Shown: positions 24,377 to 26,884 of the stretch, piece by piece
Numbering within the stretch: the stretch's first letter is position 1
How the letters are laid out: each line of letters begins with the position of its first letter
Virus record (IMG/VR): IMGVR_UViG_3300012665_000552
Coordinates: 1-26,884 of that record
Source of the DNA: a virus
Taxonomy: Duplodnaviria; Caudoviricetes
Reading direction: 5' to 3' (one strand)
Length of the DNA stretch: 26,884 bases
Notes under the pieces: model-generated
What the model was told of the DNA's origin: nothing
Seen by the model: the letters and a program-made list of their open reading frames with translations, nothing else
Database searches by the model: none
Translations under genes and position numbers: made by a program

Positions 24377-24772
24377 ATGAGTATGCATTTAGAAGGTCCG
24401 TGGCTTAGTACCACCGGCAAGAAAAAAGGCAAGAAAAAGTTTGCTTCGGCAGAACATGCTCGCAAAGCTCGTGAGCAAGAAGAAAGTTGGAAAGAGTTAC
24501 AAAAGCGTTGGGGTATCGAAGCAGAAGAAAAGAAACGTGCTAGAGCTTTGGCTGCGCCAAGTTTGAGCAGTACGTACAGCTTAAAAATCCCCGAAGGCCG
24601 TAACACTACAGCACATATCCCTAGTAGAGATACTGGCGGTAACGCAACACTCAAAGCACCTAAAGTTTACACAGGAACTAAGGTTAAAGGCATTGCTACC
24701 ATGCATAAAAGCAACGCAGTGCCGGTTTTCAGTGACGAACAAGCGGTTGACATTAGCCGTATGAGGCGTTAA
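24377..24772 (+). CDS. Basic hypothetical phage protein (YTG..VKGIATMHKSNAVPV)
   Basis: ATG 24377 downstream of the promoter; the track's TTG 24335 lies within the promoter spacer. Confidence 0.75.
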   Translation: MSMHLEGPWLSTTGKKKGKKKFASAEHARKAREQEESWKELQKRWGIEAEEKKRARALAAPSLSSTYSLKIPEGRNTTAHIPSRDTGGNATLKAPKVYTGTKVKGIATMHKSNAVPVFSDEQAVDISRMRR

Positions 24773-24815
24773 ACTGTGTTCAAGTATAAACTAATAGTTT
24801 TTCCAGGTGGTTTTT

Positions 24816-24929
24816 ATGGATAACTATATATTGCCACGAAAGGTTCGTGACATAAGCAGTAGGCTTTTAACGCATAAGGAGATGTATCGGAGCCAAGTAA
24901 CGGAACTAGCAATTCCTATTCCAGCGTAA
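24816..24929 (+). CDS. Possible 37-aa leader ORF, not in the ORF track
   Basis: AGGTGG-N5-ATG; MDNYILPRKVRDISSRLLTHKEMYRSQVTELAIPIPA*; the stop overlaps the SD of the next gene. Confidence 0.35.
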   Translation: MDNYILPRKVRDISSRLLTHKEMYRSQVTELAIPIPA

Positions 24930-24941
24930 AGGAGAAATAAG

Positions 24942-25472
24942 ATGATACGCATTTTTAAATTTTTAGTATTTGCCCTAGCGGCAACAACAGTTTTATTCGC
25001 AGGGTATAAAGCGGTAAATTACAAACTAGATACCCTAAAGGCATCACGTGCAAACGTAAGCCAAGTTACAGCAGACATGCGCCAAAAGCAATTAGATTGT
25101 TTAGCCCGTAACATTTATCACGAAGCTGGTGGCGAACCATTCGAAGGTAAAGTTGCTGTAGCACAAGTAACCATTAACAGAGCAGAAAATCCAAACTTTC
25201 CAAGTGACATCTGCCAAGTGGTACACCAAAAGAATATTGTATATGAAAAAGTACTTTGCCAGTTCAGTTGGTACTGTAACTCAGCAAGTTTAAAGAAGCC
25301 TATGAATGGCCCAATGTATACTGAGTCTATGGAAGTAGCCAAAAAAGTACTATTAGAAGGATTTAGATTACCTTCAATAAAAGATGCGCTTTATTTTCAC
25401 GGGGATTATATTAATCCAGGTTGGAAGCGCGAAAGAGTTGCCAAAGTTGGCCGTCACATTTTTTACAAATAA
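24942..25472 (+). CDS. SleB/CwlJ-like cell wall hydrolase (Hydrolase_2) with N-terminal signal/anchor
   Basis: CLARNIYHEAGGE, VAQVTINR, CQFSW, ALYFH, GRHIFY. Confidence 0.9.
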   Translation: MIRIFKFLVFALAATTVLFAGYKAVNYKLDTLKASRANVSQVTADMRQKQLDCLARNIYHEAGGEPFEGKVAVAQVTINRAENPNFPSDICQVVHQKNIVYEKVLCQFSWYCNSASLKKPMNGPMYTESMEVAKKVLLEGFRLPSIKDALYFHGDYINPGWKRERVAKVGRHIFYK

Positions 25473-25481
25473 GGGTTAGAT

Positions 25482-25817
25482 ATGGATACGACAAAATTTA
25501 AACAAAGTTTACGTGATTTCTTTGATTTAGATCTCCTAGTTAAAAACGTAAAAGAACATGCTCCCCATGTGAGCGCAGAAACTATGGGCTGGGTAGCTGT
25601 GATTCTATTACACCTAGCAACAATCCCAACTATGATAGCAGTTTTAACAGGTCTAACTGAAAAGATGCCGCCTGTTGATATGGTACTGTTCAGTTGGATT
25701 GGGTTATTTTGCTTTTTTATTAAGGCAACTATCCAAAAAGACATCCTTAATATCGTTACTATTGGCCTAGGTTTCTTTTGTCAAGCATCGTTACTGGCCT
25801 TGATAGTGTTTAAATAA
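25482..25817 (+). CDS. Small 3-TM membrane protein (PQ-loop-like or holin-like)
   Basis: Three hydrophobic segments; ETMGWVAVIL..A.IPT. Confidence 0.55.
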   Translation: MDTTKFKQSLRDFFDLDLLVKNVKEHAPHVSAETMGWVAVILLHLATIPTMIAVLTGLTEKMPPVDMVLFSWIGLFCFFIKATIQKDILNIVTIGLGFFCQASLLALIVFK

Positions 25818-25826
25818 CGATAAATA
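25811..25826 (+). promoter_or_regulatory. Tandem TAAATA late promoter cores
   Basis: TAAATA at 25811-25816 and 25821-25826, before the AAGGAG SD of 25849. Confidence 0.65.
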
Positions 25827-25848
25827 TTAGATAATTAAGGAGCATAAC

Positions 25849-26487
25849 ATGCCATCAGGATTTCAACAAGACAGCAACCAATTAAGCCCTGGACTATTTC
25901 GCGTAGTTTGGGTAGCAAGCACTGGTACATACCCAACTGCCGACGGCAACGATAACGGCGGAATTACACCTAACAGTTCAGACAGTTTTACTACATTGCC
26001 AACTACATTAGTTAAAGCAAAAGCAAGAGCACGTGGTAACATTCGTTTCCGTAACGTAGTTAATCGTTTAAGTGGTTTAGGTGATTGCCAAATTTTAGAT
26101 ATCGAAACTGGTATTTCAGGCGGCGGCCCGGAAGCAGTCGGTGACGATGTTGCTACAAGTTTAGCGTTCACAGTTAAGTACGATCGTACAGCAGGTATCA
26201 TTGCCGCCCAAAAAGCACTTAACGTACAAGAAACTGGTTCAGCAAACAACGTAGCTGACGTAGCAATTACTACATTAGCACTTGCTATTGAAGACGCAGT
26301 TGTACGTGGCTTCCGTGATGCTACAACATCAACAGCTCGTGTACTATCAAGCGTTCCAGACAACAGCCAATTGTCAATCACAGTTGCCGCTCCGGACACA
26401 GCCGCTGACATTTTAGCAGACATTACAGTTGCTCAAATTGACGGTACTGAACTTACAACCAACGACGCCGCCGGCGCCGCAGAATAA
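25849..26487 (+). CDS. Ala/Thr-rich putative virion structural protein
   Basis: Late promoter, strong SD, composition. Confidence 0.6.
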   Translation: MPSGFQQDSNQLSPGLFRVVWVASTGTYPTADGNDNGGITPNSSDSFTTLPTTLVKAKARARGNIRFRNVVNRLSGLGDCQILDIETGISGGGPEAVGDDVATSLAFTVKYDRTAGIIAAQKALNVQETGSANNVADVAITTLALAIEDAVVRGFRDATTSTARVLSSVPDNSQLSITVAAPDTAADILADITVAQIDGTELTTNDAAGAAE

Positions 26488-26499
26488 TATAAGGCACTA

Positions 26500-26884
26500 A
26501 TGATCTTAGCCTGGCTATTACTACTAACTGGTTTAACAATCTCAGCAGTCGCAATCTACTACTCCGTAGTAGGTTTGGCTGCTATTTTCTCTGCCGCAGT
26601 TATTCCTATCATTGTCATGGGTTCAGCTTTAGAAGTAGCCAAGTTAGTTTGCGCTAGTTGGCTCAAAGCTAATTGGAGTGTTGCTCCCCGACTGATGAAA
26701 GTTTACATGACCACTGCGGTGATTGTGTTAATGCTAATCACATCAATGGGCATCTTTGGCTTCTTGTCCAAAGCACATAGTGACCAAAGTCTAGTGTCTG
26801 GCGATGTAATGTCAAAGATTTCAATCTACGACGAAAAGATTAAGACAGCAAAGGATAACATAGATGCTAACCGCAAGGCTCTTA
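26500..26884 (+). CDS. Multi-TM plus coiled-coil phage membrane protein (3' truncated)
   Basis: Frame open to the window end: MILAWLLLLTGLTISAVAIYYSVVGLAAIF...LEVAKLV...LITSMGIFGFLSKAH... Confidence 0.8.
   Translation, partial: MILAWLLLLTGLTISAVAIYYSVVGLAAIFSAAVIPIIVMGSALEVAKLVCASWLKANWSVAPRLMKVYMTTAVIVLMLITSMGIFGFLSKAHSDQSLVSGDVMSKISIYDEKIKTAKDNIDANRKAL

Noticed and set aside
24773-24941. c-di-AMP (ydaO) or c-di-GMP riboswitch before the wall hydrolase
   Set aside because: The conserved core sequences of these aptamers are not recognisable.

Overview
A 26.9-kb segment of a large T4-like (myovirus-type) bacteriophage genome. It is densely coded, mostly on the + strand, with many TAAATA/TATAAATA late-promoter motifs and several consensus sigma70 promoters. 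Virion-associated genes include a PAAR spike, a fibre, a tailspike, lectin-like proteins, a putative core/scaffold-like protein and a SleB-like wall hydrolase. A class Ia ribonucleotide reductase cluster carries SOD, IscA, a class II aldolase, a methyltransferase and glutaredoxin. Also present are a PD-(D/E)XK nuclease, two Pol-beta-type nucleotidyltransferases, and an inverted 2OG-oxygenase/5-aminolevulinate synthase (hemA) pair. Three signals stand out. (1) A complete-looking -1 frameshift signal (A AAA AAG plus a GCAA-capped stem that buries the next ORF's start) would fuse 13407..14381 to 14402..14698. (2) Seven unrelated proteins, three of them enzyme-like, share an N-terminal M-x-x-x-E-[FLI] tag resembling the T4 capsid-targeting sequence, suggesting packaged and injected enzyme cargo. 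(3) A phage-borne Shemin-pathway ALA synthase sits behind a back-to-back late promoter. No tRNA, rRNA, CRISPR or IS element was recognised. Family calls come from motif recognition by eye, not database searches.
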